Below, piece after piece: positions 10,207-20,511 of a stretch of DNA of 53,117 bases. A program made the position numbers and the translations under genes. The stretch lies in assembly GCA_017453965.1 (NCBI GenBank), contig JAFTEI010000134.1, positions 1 through 53,117 on the forward strand, read 5' to 3'. How positions within the stretch are numbered: position 1 is the first letter of the stretch; each line of letters opens with the position of its first letter. This stretch comes from Lachnospiraceae bacterium. Lineage in GTDB: Bacteria; Bacillota; Clostridia; Lachnospirales; Lachnospiraceae. Below the pieces are notes generated by a model. The model did no database searches and was not told the DNA's origin. It saw only the letters and a program-made list of their open reading frames with translations.

Positions 10207-10886
10207 AAAAACAGCTCCTCCAGGATACCTTTAAGCTCTTTAAGAGAAGTTATCCTCTTATTTTCCCTGCACTCTCCGCCGTAGGGCGCCTCGCTGTACA
10301 CTCCGCCCTCCCTCACTATCCTGACGGTCTTTATCGGTGAGTTTTTCATTATCTCAAAGTCCTTCTTCGGATTGTCTCCCACATAGACAAAGGAGGAGAG
10401 CGGTATCCCAAGCTTTCCGGAAAGCAGCTCAAACCCCCTTATCGAGGGCTTCCAGTACTCCCTCCCCAGCTCGTCCGTATAGACGATGGCCTCAAAATAT
10501 TTATCCAGCTCCACGGCTTTGGCTTTATTTTTCTGAGTCACAAGATAGCCGTCCGTCAGGACACCCAGGCTGCAGCCGCTCCCCTCAAGCTCCTCAAGGG
10601 CGGGAAGCACATCGCCGCAAAAGCCTATGTCCGGTTCATGCTCCCGGTACACCCTGACGAGGCTCTTAATGTCCTCCTCGTCATAGCCGATGCCAAGCCG
10701 GTCATACATGCGGTTAAAAACATTTTGAGCGGAGCTTTCAAACTCCTCCCTGAGGATGCCGTATATCCGCTCCGCACTGAGGCCCCTTCCTACCTCCAGA
10801 TACTTTGCCACAGCGCTGTAGCCGCTGAAAACGAAATCCCTTTCGAGGATCAGAGTATCGTCCAGGTCAAAAATAACTGCCTTCAT
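10203..10886 (-). CDS. HAD-family hydrolase
   Basis: FDLDDTL, LTDG, KP and YVGDNPKKD HAD motifs I-IV. Confidence 0.9.
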   Translation of the reverse strand: MKAVIFDLDDTLILERDFVFSGYSAVAKYLEVGRGLSAERIYGILREEFESSAQNVFNRMYDRLGIGYDEEDIKSLVRVYREHEPDIGFCGDVLPALEELEGSGCSLGVLTDGYLVTQKNKAKAVELDKYFEAIVYTDELGREYWKPSIRGFELLSGKLGIPLSSFVYVGDNPKKDFEIMKNSPIKTVRIVREGGVYSEAPYGGECRENKRITSLKELKGILEELFL

Positions 10887-11868
10887 ACTCTATCTCTCTT
10901 TGCATATTCTCATTGAGCATTATGGACTGGTCAAACCTGAGGTAAGTCAGATTTTCCCTGAAGTTTTCGTTATATTCGAGGGTCTCGCCGCTCAACAGGC
11001 GGTAGAGATTTTCGCAGCTGTCCGCCCCTGCCATTATAGACATGGGCGCACCTCCGCCAAACCTCGGATTTATCTCTATATATTTTATTCCCCTGTCAGT
11101 CTTCATGCACTGGACGGTGATATGACCTATGGGCTTCAGGGCCTGCATGAGCCTCGTCACCGAATTCATTATCTGCCTGTCGCGCCGTATCACTCCCTTG
11201 GCTATCTCTCCGCTCCTCGTGGCGATACGCACCCGGGGCACAACGGTTATGAGCCGGGAATTGAAGTCCAGAAAGGCGTCTATCGTATATTCTGTACCCT
11301 CTATGAACTCCTGGACTATGGGCTTGTCTATCAGGTGCCTGAAGGTCATCAGCTCGTCTATGTTGTTGACCCTGTAGGCATTTATCGAGGAGCTTCCGTC
11401 GAGAGGCTTTATAAATACGGGGAAGCTGACCTCCGCGCAGTCCAGCTCGTGCTCCGTATAGAGCCTGGGCATCTCAAAGCCGTGCTCCTCCAGAAACTTC
11501 TGGGTATTTCTCTTGTCCCTGCAGACGTGCACCACCTTTTCGCTGGATATCAGTACCCTCGCCCGGGTCTTGCTCTCTATCTCCGCCTTTCTCTCAGAAA
11601 GGAGAATAAGCTCCGTGTCTATAGTCGGCACTATGAGGTCCACCCCGAAATTATTGCATATATCCACTATCGAGGCTATGTATGCATCGTTTTCGGATAT
11701 TCTGGGAACGATCTCATTTATATCGGCAAAATAGAGGGCAGGGGCCAGCTCCGAGGCATCCGCGGCTATGACCTGTCCCTTTATTCCGAGCTTGTCCCTG
11801 GCATGCTTAAAGCAGTTTACCAGCTCTACCCTTCGTCCCGCCGAAAGTATCAACACATTTATCATCAT
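10867..11868 (-). CDS. ATP-grasp domain protein (carbamoyl-phosphate synthase-like ligase)
   Basis: LSAGRR, PTIDTEL, FIKPLDGSSS, QEFIEGTEYTID, IEINPRFGGG. Confidence 0.9.
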   Translation of the reverse strand: MMINVLILSAGRRVELVNCFKHARDKLGIKGQVIAADASELAPALYFADINEIVPRISENDAYIASIVDICNNFGVDLIVPTIDTELILLSERKAEIESKTRARVLISSEKVVHVCRDKRNTQKFLEEHGFEMPRLYTEHELDCAEVSFPVFIKPLDGSSSINAYRVNNIDELMTFRHLIDKPIVQEFIEGTEYTIDAFLDFNSRLITVVPRVRIATRSGEIAKGVIRRDRQIMNSVTRLMQALKPIGHITVQCMKTDRGIKYIEINPRFGGGAPMSIMAGADSCENLYRLLSGETLEYNENFRENLTYLRFDQSIMLNENMQREIEYEGSYF

Positions 11869-12488
11869 CAGTCTCCCGTATCTTTATTGCCCATAAACTC
11901 AGGCATCGTTGCATTGTTTTCGGAGCTTATCCCGTCCCTTTTAAGCACCTTCCCTACGGTCATGAAGATTATCTTCATATCCAGGGCGAAGGAAACATTC
12001 CTGGCGTATTCTACGTCGTATTCGAATTTCTTCTCCCAGCTTAAGGCGTTGCGCCCGTTGACCTGCGCAAGTCCCGTAAGCCCCGGAAGTACGTCGTGCC
12101 TGTGCCTCTGCTCCTCATTGTACCTCGGCAGATAGCGCACCAACAGCGGCCTCGGCCCCACGAAGGACATATCCCCTTTAAAAATATTGATAAATTCAGG
12201 CAGCTCGTCCAGCGACGTGGCCCTTAAGGCCTTTCCGAAGGACGTAAGCCTCTCCCCGTCGCTTAGAAGCTCACCGTTTTCATCCCTCGCATCGGTCATG
12301 GTCCTGAATTTATACATCTTAAAGATCTTTTCGTGAAGTCCCGGTCTCTCCTGCGTAAAAAGCACGGGGCTTCCCAGCTTGAGCCGCACCAGCAGAGCCG
12401 TCACCAGCAGTATGGGCGAGCTTACGATGAGGGCCAGCCCCGAAAGCAGTATGTCAAAAAGCCTTTTCACGAACCTGCGGTATATCAC
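11868..12488 (-). CDS. Monotopic phosphoglycosyl transferase (PglC/EpsL-like initiating sugar transferase)
   Basis: [39 protein letters not shown]. Confidence 0.93.
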   Translation of the reverse strand: MIYRRFVKRLFDILLSGLALIVSSPILLVTALLVRLKLGSPVLFTQERPGLHEKIFKMYKFRTMTDARDENGELLSDGERLTSFGKALRATSLDELPEFINIFKGDMSFVGPRPLLVRYLPRYNEEQRHRHDVLPGLTGLAQVNGRNALSWEKKFEYDVEYARNVSFALDMKIIFMTVGKVLKRDGISSENNATMPEFMGNKDTGD

Positions 12489-13630
12489 TTTCCGAAGAGC
12501 CCTCTTACGATGCCGATTATCCTGTCCATATCCTCGTCAGTATTCTTGATATCCGAAGGCAGACAGAGCCCCCTGTTATATATATCCTCGGATACCGATA
12601 TCCCCTCTGCCACCTGGATAAAATCATTATCGGCAAAAACGGGCTGCAGATGCATCGGCTTCCATATGGGCCTGGTCTCGATATCCTCCGCCGCCAGCGC
12701 GTCCATGATGTCGTAGGGCTTTACCCTGGAATCTTCGCTTAAGGTCATGCAGGTGAGCCAGAAATTCGGCAGCGTGCCCTCCCTGTACGGATTTAAGGTT
12801 ATCTCGGGGATATCCGCAAAGGCCTTTTTATATCTCTCCCTGATGAGCCTCTTAGCCTCCACATGGCTGTCGAGATATACCATCTGCCCCCGGCCTATGC
12901 CGGCAACAATATTGCTCATCCGGTAGTTGAAGCCGATCTCCTTATGCTGGTAATATCTCTCTGGCTCCCTGGCCTGGGTCGCCAGGAACCTGGCCTTCTT
13001 TACCAGCTCCTCGTCGTGGGAGATGAGCATTCCCCCGCCCGAGGTGGTTATTATCTTATTTCCGTTAAAGGAGAGTATCCCGCAGACACCGAAGGAGCCT
13101 GTATTCTTAAGGTTCCCCTCCGCATCCGGCTCCTTTGAGCCCATGGCCTCCGCCGCGTCCTCGATATAGGGGACTCCGTGCTTTTGGCAGATCTCCTCAA
13201 GCTGTGCATTGAAAGCCGGGGTACCGTAGAGGTCCGCGCTTATTACAGCCTTTACATCCGGATATTTTTCAAAGGCCTTCTCCAGGGCCTCAGGGTCCAT
13301 GTTCCAGGTCTCTGTCTCAGAATCGATGAACACCGGCACCCCGCCGTCATAGGTTATGGGATTTACCGTCGCCGCAAAGGTCAGGGAGGGCCCGAAAACA
13401 ATATCCCCGGGCTTTACTCCTATAAGCCTCATCGCAAGATGGATCGCCGCAGTCCCGGCGCTTAAGGCGGTGGCGTGTATCCCGTCCCCGAAATACTTCT
13501 CCACATCGGCCTCAAAGCCGTCCACATTTGCCCCCAGAGGCGCTACCCAGTTGGTATCAAAGGCCTCCTTGATATACTTCATTTCCATATCGTGCATCGT
13601 AGGCGATGACAAAAATATCTTCTTACTCAT
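12485..13630 (-). CDS. DegT/DnrJ/EryC1/StrS sugar aminotransferase (PglE/EpsN-like)
   Basis: [30 protein letters not shown]; true start is most likely ATG at 13630 ([10 protein letters not shown]), overlapping the upstream stop. Confidence 0.93.
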   Translation of the reverse strand: MSKKIFLSSPTMHDMEMKYIKEAFDTNWVAPLGANVDGFEADVEKYFGDGIHATALSAGTAAIHLAMRLIGVKPGDIVFGPSLTFAATVNPITYDGGVPVFIDSETETWNMDPEALEKAFEKYPDVKAVISADLYGTPAFNAQLEEICQKHGVPYIEDAAEAMGSKEPDAEGNLKNTGSFGVCGILSFNGNKIITTSGGGMLISHDEELVKKARFLATQAREPERYYQHKEIGFNYRMSNIVAGIGRGQMVYLDSHVEAKRLIRERYKKAFADIPEITLNPYREGTLPNFWLTCMTLSEDSRVKPYDIMDALAAEDIETRPIWKPMHLQPVFADNDFIQVAEGISVSEDIYNRGLCLPSDIKNTDEDMDRIIGIVRGLFGK

Positions 13631-15503
13631 GGTCGTTTGGCGTGTAGTGGTAGGTAGGCACAAGCTCCTCAAGCCACCTGCGCACATCCGCCGTCTCCTC
13701 CTTTGATTCCCGGGCCAGGACCTCCAGCTTTTCATAGAAGCTGTCCTCCTCAAACTCTATGGGCTTGCCTATATGGATGAGCTTATTGGCAGTCTCCTGC
13801 ATCCCCTCCTCCTTCATGAGCATTTCCTCATAGAGCTTCTCTCCGGGTCTTAAGCCCGTAAATTTAATATCTATATCCTCACCGGGCACATAGCCCGAAA
13901 GCCGGATCAGGTTCTTTGCCAGGTCCAGTATCCTGACAGGCTCTCCCATATCCAGCACGAATATCTCTCCGCCCCTGGCATAGGCTCCCGCCTGGAGGAC
14001 AAGGGATACCGCCTCGGGTATGGTCATAAAATATCTTATTATCCTGGGATCGGTCACAGTTACCGGGCCTCCCTCGGCTATCTGCTTTTTAAACAGCGGG
14101 ATAACGGAGCCATTGGAGCCCAGGACATTTCCAAAACGGACAGCGACGAACACCGTATTTCCCCTGTGGTTGTAGGACTGGACTATCATCTCGCAGATGC
14201 GCTTCGTCGCTCCCATGATGTTGGTCGGGTTCACCGCCTTGTCGGTGGAGATAAGGACGAACCTGGAGACATTAGCCTTGACTGCCGCCTCAGCCACCTT
14301 CCAGGTACCCATTACGTTGTTCTTGACCGCCTCGTTGGGGCTGTCCTCCATCAGGGGCACATGCTTATGCGCCGCCGCGTGATAGACGATATCGGGCTTA
14401 TAGGTCTCAAAGATATCGTCCATGCGCTTTGTATTTCTGACCGAGCCGATAAGCACCTTGAGATTGAGCTCGGGATACTTATCCTTAAGCTCCTGCTGAA
14501 TATCGTAGGCGCTGTTTTCGTATATATCCAGGATTATGAGCTGCTTCGGCTTGTGGGTGGCGATCTGCCGGCAGAGCTCGGAGCCGATGGACCCTCCGCC
14601 TCCCGTGACCAGGACCACCTTGCCTATGACGTATTTCATGATGGAATCCAGATCCACGTCTATGGGCTCTCTTCCCAGCAGGTCCACCACGTCCACCTTT
14701 CTCAGCTGGCTTACGTTCACTTCTCCGTTTACCAGCTGGTACATACCCGGCAGGGTCTTCAGCTCGCACTTGGTCTCCTTGCAGATATCGAGTATCTCCT
14801 TGAGCTGCTTCCTGGGTATGGAGGGCATGGCTATTATTATCTCATCTATATCGTATTTTGCCGCGTTCTCGATTATCTCATCCCGGCCCCCGACGACCTT
14901 GACGCCGTGGATATAGCTGCCGATCTTGCTCTTGTTGTCGTCGATGACGCAGCGCACGTCCTTCTGGATAAATCTCGAGGTCTTCATCTCCCTTATTATG
15001 GAGTTGCCGGAATCTCCGGCTCCGATGACCATGACGTTGCGGCTCGTGGCCTGCATGGTCCGCTTCTGTATAAAGGCGCGGAAAACCCTGTAGGCAAAGC
15101 GGCTGGCAAAGACAAAGGCGACGAGGCACATCGCATACAGGAAGAAATAGCTCCTTGGCATGGAGAACCGGAGCAGCATCATCCCCACAGCCTGCGCCAC
15201 CGAGGCTATTATGCACGCCATGACCGTAGAGCCCAGCTCTATGGTCCCGGCATAGCTCCAAAGACTTGTATAAAGGTGAAACAGGTAGAAGATCAGAATG
15301 GTGACGCATACGTTGACGGGGGCATAGTGCCAAAGGTTTTCCCTCCACGTATAACCGCCCACCGTATGCAGGAGCTGGTCATAGCTTAAGTCAAAGCGCA
15401 GCAGCAGCCCCAGCGCACTGGAGGCCAATACGGCCAGCACATCATAAGTTATGAGCCCCATGCGTCTGAAAAACAGGGCCTTATTTTTGATAAACGTTAT
15501 CAT
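13623..15503 (-). CDS. Membrane-bound UDP-GlcNAc 4,6-dehydratase (PglF/CapD/WbpM family)
   Basis: 4 N-terminal TM helices; DLLGR, TGGGGSIGSE, AAHKHVP, STDKAVNPTNIMGATKR, GLRPGEKLYEE. Confidence 0.95.
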   Translation of the reverse strand: MITFIKNKALFFRRMGLITYDVLAVLASSALGLLLRFDLSYDQLLHTVGGYTWRENLWHYAPVNVCVTILIFYLFHLYTSLWSYAGTIELGSTVMACIIASVAQAVGMMLLRFSMPRSYFFLYAMCLVAFVFASRFAYRVFRAFIQKRTMQATSRNVMVIGAGDSGNSIIREMKTSRFIQKDVRCVIDDNKSKIGSYIHGVKVVGGRDEIIENAAKYDIDEIIIAMPSIPRKQLKEILDICKETKCELKTLPGMYQLVNGEVNVSQLRKVDVVDLLGREPIDVDLDSIMKYVIGKVVLVTGGGGSIGSELCRQIATHKPKQLIILDIYENSAYDIQQELKDKYPELNLKVLIGSVRNTKRMDDIFETYKPDIVYHAAAHKHVPLMEDSPNEAVKNNVMGTWKVAEAAVKANVSRFVLISTDKAVNPTNIMGATKRICEMIVQSYNHRGNTVFVAVRFGNVLGSNGSVIPLFKKQIAEGGPVTVTDPRIIRYFMTIPEAVSLVLQAGAYARGGEIFVLDMGEPVRILDLAKNLIRLSGYVPGEDIDIKFTGLRPGEKLYEEMLMKEEGMQETANKLIHIGKPIEFEEDSFYEKLEVLARESKEETADVRRWLEELVPTYHYTPNDHE

Positions 15504-15595
15504 CTATAGTCTCCGGAACAGCTTCCGCTTATATTTCGCCTTTTAATTTTTTCCCTGGCTCATTGCCTTTACAAAATATGCTAATAAATCAACCT

Positions 15596-15624
15596 ATTAT
15601 ATCAACATCTAGATACAGCGTCAA
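15596..15624 (-). promoter_or_regulatory. Sigma-A promoter of the PglF-led glycan operon
   Basis: TTGACG-17bp-TATAAT with extended -10 TG. Confidence 0.75.
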
Positions 15625-15661
15625 ACTTTACATAACATCATTCTGTCTCACTCGGTTTTTG

Positions 15662-15825
15662 CAAGTGTACTGACACGTTCATCTTTGAACTAATCGCGCA
15701 GAATGCATTTTCAGTCTGCAAGAAAGAAAATCACAGGCGTAGCGGGCTACGTCAAGATTTTCTGACGAAGCAGATGGAAATGCAGGCAAGCGATTAGTTC
15801 GATTATGAATGTGTCAGGACACTAG
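15662..15825. mobile_element. ~165-bp palindromic MITE/REP-like element with CTAGTGT-type end
   Basis: Whole segment is an imperfect inverted repeat (gtgtactgacacgttcat..gaactaatcgc / gcgattagttc..atgaatgtgtcaggacac) with a central gcgtagc-gg-gctacgt hairpin. Confidence 0.7.
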
Positions 15826-16914
15826 AACGATCTCAAAGAGCACAAATACTATAAAGCAATAGGGCGGCACTATGAAGCAGTTTTCAAAGAAGGAGGCGAA
15901 GAGATAGCAGTATATTCCCGCTGCCGCGATCCGCTTTTCCGGATAAAAGGCGTAGCCCACAGCCTTGAGCTCCAGAAGCCTTTTTACGAGCAGAAAGACC
16001 AGGAACGCAAAGACGATTATGCCGTGCACGACCAGTATATCCAAAAGGCCGTTGTGCACCTCGAAGATAAAAAAGCTCTTGAGCTTATAGGACGAGCCTA
16101 TTCCCGTAAAGGGCCGCTCCAGAAAGGCTCCCCAGAGCTCCCTCCAGATATCCTGCCTGCCCGAGAGCAGGTCCTTATACAATATCCTTATTTCCATCCC
16201 CCTCTGACCAAGGGCCGTATAGATAAGGGTAAAGACAAGGCTTCCGGCAGTCACGGTGGCAGGGAGCACATAGTAGAGCTTCTTTCCCGCAAGCCCCGGC
16301 AATACCAGCCACACTACGCCGAAGGCCAGGACGCAGAGCGCGGCCGAACGGGCGTGATAGCATATCGTAAACAGCAGAGTGACGGCAAAGAGGAGGCCCT
16401 GTACATATTTGAGGTAATACAATTCAAAATAATTTTTCGCGTACTCCATGAGCAGCTCCCCCATCACCATCAGGGTGATGAAGATGAGTCCGGCCATATT
16501 GAAGTTATAGTACCACCGGACCACCGCATACCAGGGTATCATCAGGGATATTCCCACTGCGCAGATAAAATGCCGGCAACGGTCGCTCAAGGGCACCTTT
16601 CCCGCAAGGTACAAAAGCAGAGCATTATCCGCCGCTATCAGCGCCGCCCCCTTATTCGAGCCTATCAGAAAGAGGTTGACCGCGCCGACCAGGGCCGCGG
16701 CGAGGGCAGCTATGAGCTCCTTATCCCGAGCCTTCAGCCTTTGCACGGGATCGAAGCAGCCCAAAAACACCACTGCCATAAGGATAAAGATAATAAGCGT
16801 CGCATACGGCGTGGTGGCCGCATAGATATCCTGCAGCATAAAGGAGGAAAGATAGAGATATGTAAAAAGGGCGCATATTATAAGCCCTGAATATTTTGCA
16901 ATTCCCTTAATCAT
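15814..16914 (-). CDS. O-antigen ligase/Wzy family membrane protein (paralog A)
   Basis: Polytopic; ARSA, SGRQDIW, PFTGIG, VHNGLLDILVVHGIIVF motifs. Confidence 0.82.
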   Translation of the reverse strand: MIKGIAKYSGLIICALFTYLYLSSFMLQDIYAATTPYATLIIFILMAVVFLGCFDPVQRLKARDKELIAALAAALVGAVNLFLIGSNKGAALIAADNALLLYLAGKVPLSDRCRHFICAVGISLMIPWYAVVRWYYNFNMAGLIFITLMVMGELLMEYAKNYFELYYLKYVQGLLFAVTLLFTICYHARSAALCVLAFGVVWLVLPGLAGKKLYYVLPATVTAGSLVFTLIYTALGQRGMEIRILYKDLLSGRQDIWRELWGAFLERPFTGIGSSYKLKSFFIFEVHNGLLDILVVHGIIVFAFLVFLLVKRLLELKAVGYAFYPEKRIAAAGIYCYLFASFFENCFIVPPYCFIVFVLFEIVLVS

Positions 16915-18386
16915 TCTGCATCATTCCTTATCATTCTCTTTCCGTTTATCCGCTCCACAAGTCTCTTTGCGACGGGCATGAGCTCCCTTAAATAGATCCC
17001 CGTAAGTATCAGCGCTATCACCGCATTCCAGATCTGCCAGCCCGGGAGCCCTCCCATGACACACGCCGATTCTATGAGCAGCAGCGCATAACACAGAATA
17101 TTCATGCCGAAGCCCACGGACAGCCTGACGTGGGAGGATGCATAGACGTAGGCCAGAACAAACATTACAAAATATGAGATCAGCGTCGCTACAGCGGCCC
17201 CCAGCGCTCCTAGCCAGCTTATCAATACAAAATTCAAAACTATATTTACCAGCGCCCCCGTACCCGTGGCCCGTCCCATGCTCTTTCCGTCCTTAAAGGC
17301 CAGGCATATGGAGCCCAGATACCCCTCCAGCGCCCCGAAGATCACGGAGACCAGCAGGGGCGGCACGAGCACCCAGGCCTCGAAGAAGCCCTTTCTGAAA
17401 AGAAAGGCGGCTATGAGCTTCAGAAAATATATGAGCCAGGCGCATAGCACCACCATCAGGGCGTTGTACTTTTTAAAAAGTCCCGAGAAAAATTCCGCCC
17501 TGTCAGCCCCCTGGTATTCCTTGACCGCAGACATCTGAAAGGCCTGGGCAAAGATCCGCTGGAAGGTGGTCAGTATGGCAGGTATCTTGTATGCCACGCC
17601 GTAAAGCCCGTTGGCCGCGCTTCCCAGCATGATCAGGATAAAATACCGGTCTATCGCGTTGTTGGCCCAGCTGGAGGCGGCATAGAGCTGCATATTCCTG
17701 CCGTAGTCACACATGGTCCTTTCCAGCTCCTCATTTTCCTCCGCACTCCTAAGGGCATCCGCCCCCTTGACCAGAATGAACATTATAAGCGCCGCTCCGA
17801 AAAAGGAAATTATCTGGGCGGCGAGATACCCGTAAAGCCCGAGCCTGAAAATAAGCAGCAGACACAGATTCGACGCTATGACCAGGGCCGTGCAGGATAT
17901 GGAGCCGGTTATCATTATCTTTGTCCTATCGCACCCCTGACAGTATAAAAGCATAAATTCATACACGCTGTCCGCGGCAAAAAGGACTATGAACACCGCT
18001 ATATATGTCGCCAGGGGAGCCTGCGTATGGAGTCTTTCGTTTATCAGTGCAAACACGCCCGCATTTCCGACCCCGATAACTGCGACTCCGAGTGCAAAGA
18101 CCAGGCTTACAGCCCGGGTCACATACTTAAGCCCTGTCTTCAAAATGCTTTTTCTATCCTCTCCCGACAGCGCAAACCTGAGGGCCGCCTCCCCGATATT
18201 TATGGAAAGCAGCGGCACCGTCAGCAGGAGGGTTGTCTGCATGACATCGGCGACTCCGTACTCTGCTTCGCTCAAGACCGAGGTATAAAAGGGGACGAGC
18301 AAAAAAACCAGCAGCTTTGAAACAAAGTTACTGACAGTAAAGAGGGCCATATTCGAAAACAGATATCCGTATCTCCCCTTGCTCAT
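16911..18386 (-). CDS. wzx: Wzx-type oligosaccharide flippase
   Basis: Polytopic MOP-family pattern: SKLLVFLLVPFYT...EYG, DRYFI...GLYGVAYKIP, GAAVATLISY. Confidence 0.9.
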   Translation of the reverse strand: MSKGRYGYLFSNMALFTVSNFVSKLLVFLLVPFYTSVLSEAEYGVADVMQTTLLLTVPLLSINIGEAALRFALSGEDRKSILKTGLKYVTRAVSLVFALGVAVIGVGNAGVFALINERLHTQAPLATYIAVFIVLFAADSVYEFMLLYCQGCDRTKIMITGSISCTALVIASNLCLLLIFRLGLYGYLAAQIISFFGAALIMFILVKGADALRSAEENEELERTMCDYGRNMQLYAASSWANNAIDRYFILIMLGSAANGLYGVAYKIPAILTTFQRIFAQAFQMSAVKEYQGADRAEFFSGLFKKYNALMVVLCAWLIYFLKLIAAFLFRKGFFEAWVLVPPLLVSVIFGALEGYLGSICLAFKDGKSMGRATGTGALVNIVLNFVLISWLGALGAAVATLISYFVMFVLAYVYASSHVRLSVGFGMNILCYALLLIESACVMGGLPGWQIWNAVIALILTGIYLRELMPVAKRLVERINGKRMIRNDAE

Positions 18387-19519
18387 AGCTTTTCAGGCCT
18401 GCCCGGACGAAAGATCTCGTAGAGCAGGAACAGGAGAACCGGAGAGTAGTCCGCCCACATAAGATCCATATCTATAAAGGATTCGATAAAGATCGCAAAC
18501 ACCGCCGCCATGCATAGGATCTTCTCCGTACCGGCCCCCTCACGAATCAGCTTCCCGGCCTCGAAAAGCCTTATTATCAGGACTGTAACGGCAAGGGCGA
18601 AAACTATGATTCCGTGAACCGCCAGTATGTCGTACATGGCGTTGTGGATATTGTATTCAAAAAAGGACCTCAGGGCCCTGCCGGAGCCTATACCGGTCAG
18701 GGGCTGTCCGGCAAAGATCTCCCAGACCTCCATCCATATCTGTTCCCTGCCGGAAAAGACATTCTTGTAAAAAAAGGGCATCCTGGGATTGATTCCCGTG
18801 GCGGCCAGCAGCACGTAGGCCAGGACAAAGAGCAGCGACCCGAAGATGGAAAACAGTGTAAGTCCCCGGAAAAATACCTTATTCTGCCACAGCTTTTTCG
18901 GGACCAGATAGAACAGGACCAGGAATACGGCGAGGGCTATAAAGGCCCCCCTGGCCAGATGCCACAATACGAGATTTGTGGTACGTATCAGCGAGATCAC
19001 AATAAAAAAGCCGTATATCTCCTTTGCGGAGCAGAGCCTGTTCAGCAGGACGTAACCCGCCAGCATGGTAAAGACCGTCGCCGTAGCCCCCGTATTCGCA
19101 TTAAACGAAAAGGTCCGGTCATACACGAACCACGAGACGAACATCACGAGAAAGAAGACCTCCAGGGTCTTTACCTGAAGCTCCGTGAGCTTTATCTCCT
19201 TTGACAGGTAGAAGACCATAAGAAAATCCGCCAGTATCAGAAAGCAGCCCTTGTTGGAATCTATAATAAACAGGTTCACCGCCGCCACCACAAGGGCCAA
19301 CGCCAGCGCATAAAAGCTCAGGTCCTTCTCCTTAAGCTTTTTTATGGGGTTTACGTTATTAAAGAAAAGGAGCGCGAGCGCAACAAAGATTATTAATGTA
19401 TTGTAAACTTCCGTTATATGATAAAAGCCGGGAAAGGTCCAGGTACACGCATAAAACACCATCCTTATGATGAGCGCGGCCCAATTTACTACCTCTGCCC
19501 TCTTACTGTTTTCCCACAT
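18383..19519 (-). CDS. O-antigen ligase/Wzy family membrane protein (paralog B)
   Basis: ARGA, SGREQIW, PLTGIG, IHNAMYDILAVHGIIVF; start probably ATG at 19519 (MWENSK). Confidence 0.82.
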   Translation of the reverse strand: MWENSKRAEVVNWAALIIRMVFYACTWTFPGFYHITEVYNTLIIFVALALLFFNNVNPIKKLKEKDLSFYALALALVVAAVNLFIIDSNKGCFLILADFLMVFYLSKEIKLTELQVKTLEVFFLVMFVSWFVYDRTFSFNANTGATATVFTMLAGYVLLNRLCSAKEIYGFFIVISLIRTTNLVLWHLARGAFIALAVFLVLFYLVPKKLWQNKVFFRGLTLFSIFGSLLFVLAYVLLAATGINPRMPFFYKNVFSGREQIWMEVWEIFAGQPLTGIGSGRALRSFFEYNIHNAMYDILAVHGIIVFALAVTVLIIRLFEAGKLIREGAGTEKILCMAAVFAIFIESFIDMDLMWADYSPVLLFLLYEIFRPGRPEKL

Positions 19520-20511
19520 ATTTTCAAAAGCTCCTCTACCGCCCGGTCCCATCCGCTTAAATTCCTGTCAGTGGCCGCCGTTATGCGGGGGTTATTGTGT
19601 CCCTTCAAGGCCCCCGATATTTTCTCCGCCAGCTCCTCAGGATCGTCGGGGTCTGTGATCAGGTCCCCCTCCTCCAATCCGCCCAGCGCCTCCAGGCAGC
19701 CGCAGCGCTTCGAGATCAGAATGTCGTTCCCGCAGCTTAAGGCCTCCAACACCGACAGGCCGAAGGTCTCAAAGACGCTGTTTTGTATATACAGCCTGTG
19801 CTGCCCCAATATTTCAGGTATCCTTGAGCTCTCCACCATGCCGAGATTCCTGACAAAGGGATACTGCGCTATCCTTTCCGAATCCGCTCCGGCATCCCCT
19901 ATCACTGTAAGGGTCAGCTTTTCGCGCCTCTCCCTGTTTATCCGTTCTATCGCCTCGCAGATACGCACTATCCTCTTTCGCGGCATCCCTCCGCCTATTG
20001 AAATTATGGCGGTGTCCGGCGGGTCCTTTTCTGCCCTGGCCTTATTTCCAAGGCTCTCCCAGTCGACCCCGTTTGAAAGATGGCCTATCTTAGCCTTAAA
20101 CTCCGGGTATCTCTCCTTTAGCCACCCCTCGAACCACTGTGAGACAGCCAGCACCAGGTCCGCCTTTTCCAGCATCCTGTATTCGCACCGGGCCATATAG
20201 GGGTCCGGCACCTTATTTATCTCATTCTCATATTCCACCGACCCGTGCATAAGATATACACAGGACTTTTTCAGCCTCTTTGACAGGGACATCCCCAGGA
20301 GGTTCTGCCTCGAATATCCCGAAAAGAAAGTCAGCCCGCTGCCGGGCAGCTTGGCCAGCAGCTCAAAAAATCTCGCCGCCTTTTTCTGTGAAGAGAGGTA
20401 TCTGAAATGCTCTCCCCTTCTCTTAAGGCCGTCAATATATGCGCGCGTGACCTTAGCCGGGCCGGTAGGGCTTCTATAGTCACCTATTATGAAGATTTCG
20501 GGCTCCGACAT
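19489..20511 (-). CDS. Glycosyltransferase family 4
   Basis: NGVD, PRKRI, FETFGLSVLEA (EX7E). Confidence 0.88.
   Translation of the reverse strand: MSEPEIFIIGDYRSPTGPAKVTRAYIDGLKRRGEHFRYLSSQKKAARFFELLAKLPGSGLTFFSGYSRQNLLGMSLSKRLKKSCVYLMHGSVEYENEINKVPDPYMARCEYRMLEKADLVLAVSQWFEGWLKERYPEFKAKIGHLSNGVDWESLGNKARAEKDPPDTAIISIGGGMPRKRIVRICEAIERINRERREKLTLTVIGDAGADSERIAQYPFVRNLGMVESSRIPEILGQHRLYIQNSVFETFGLSVLEALSCGNDILISKRCGCLEALGGLEEGDLITDPDDPEELAEKISGALKGHNNPRITAATDRNLSGWDRAVEELLKICGKTVRGQR

Noticed and set aside
10900-12135. 411-aa plus-strand ORF
   Set aside because: Antisense shadow of the ATP-grasp and sugar-transferase genes; no recognisable motifs or SD.
13631-13753. N-terminal extension of the aminotransferase in the ORF track
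   Set aside because: Overlaps the PglF 3' end; homolog-like sequence begins at [10 protein letters not shown] (13630). The extensions at 3396, 19552, 22063, 24440, 29555, 48669 and 49120 were trimmed for similar reasons.
14166-15389. 407-aa plus-strand ORF
   Set aside because: Antisense to the PglF-like gene; expected from GC-rich third codon positions.
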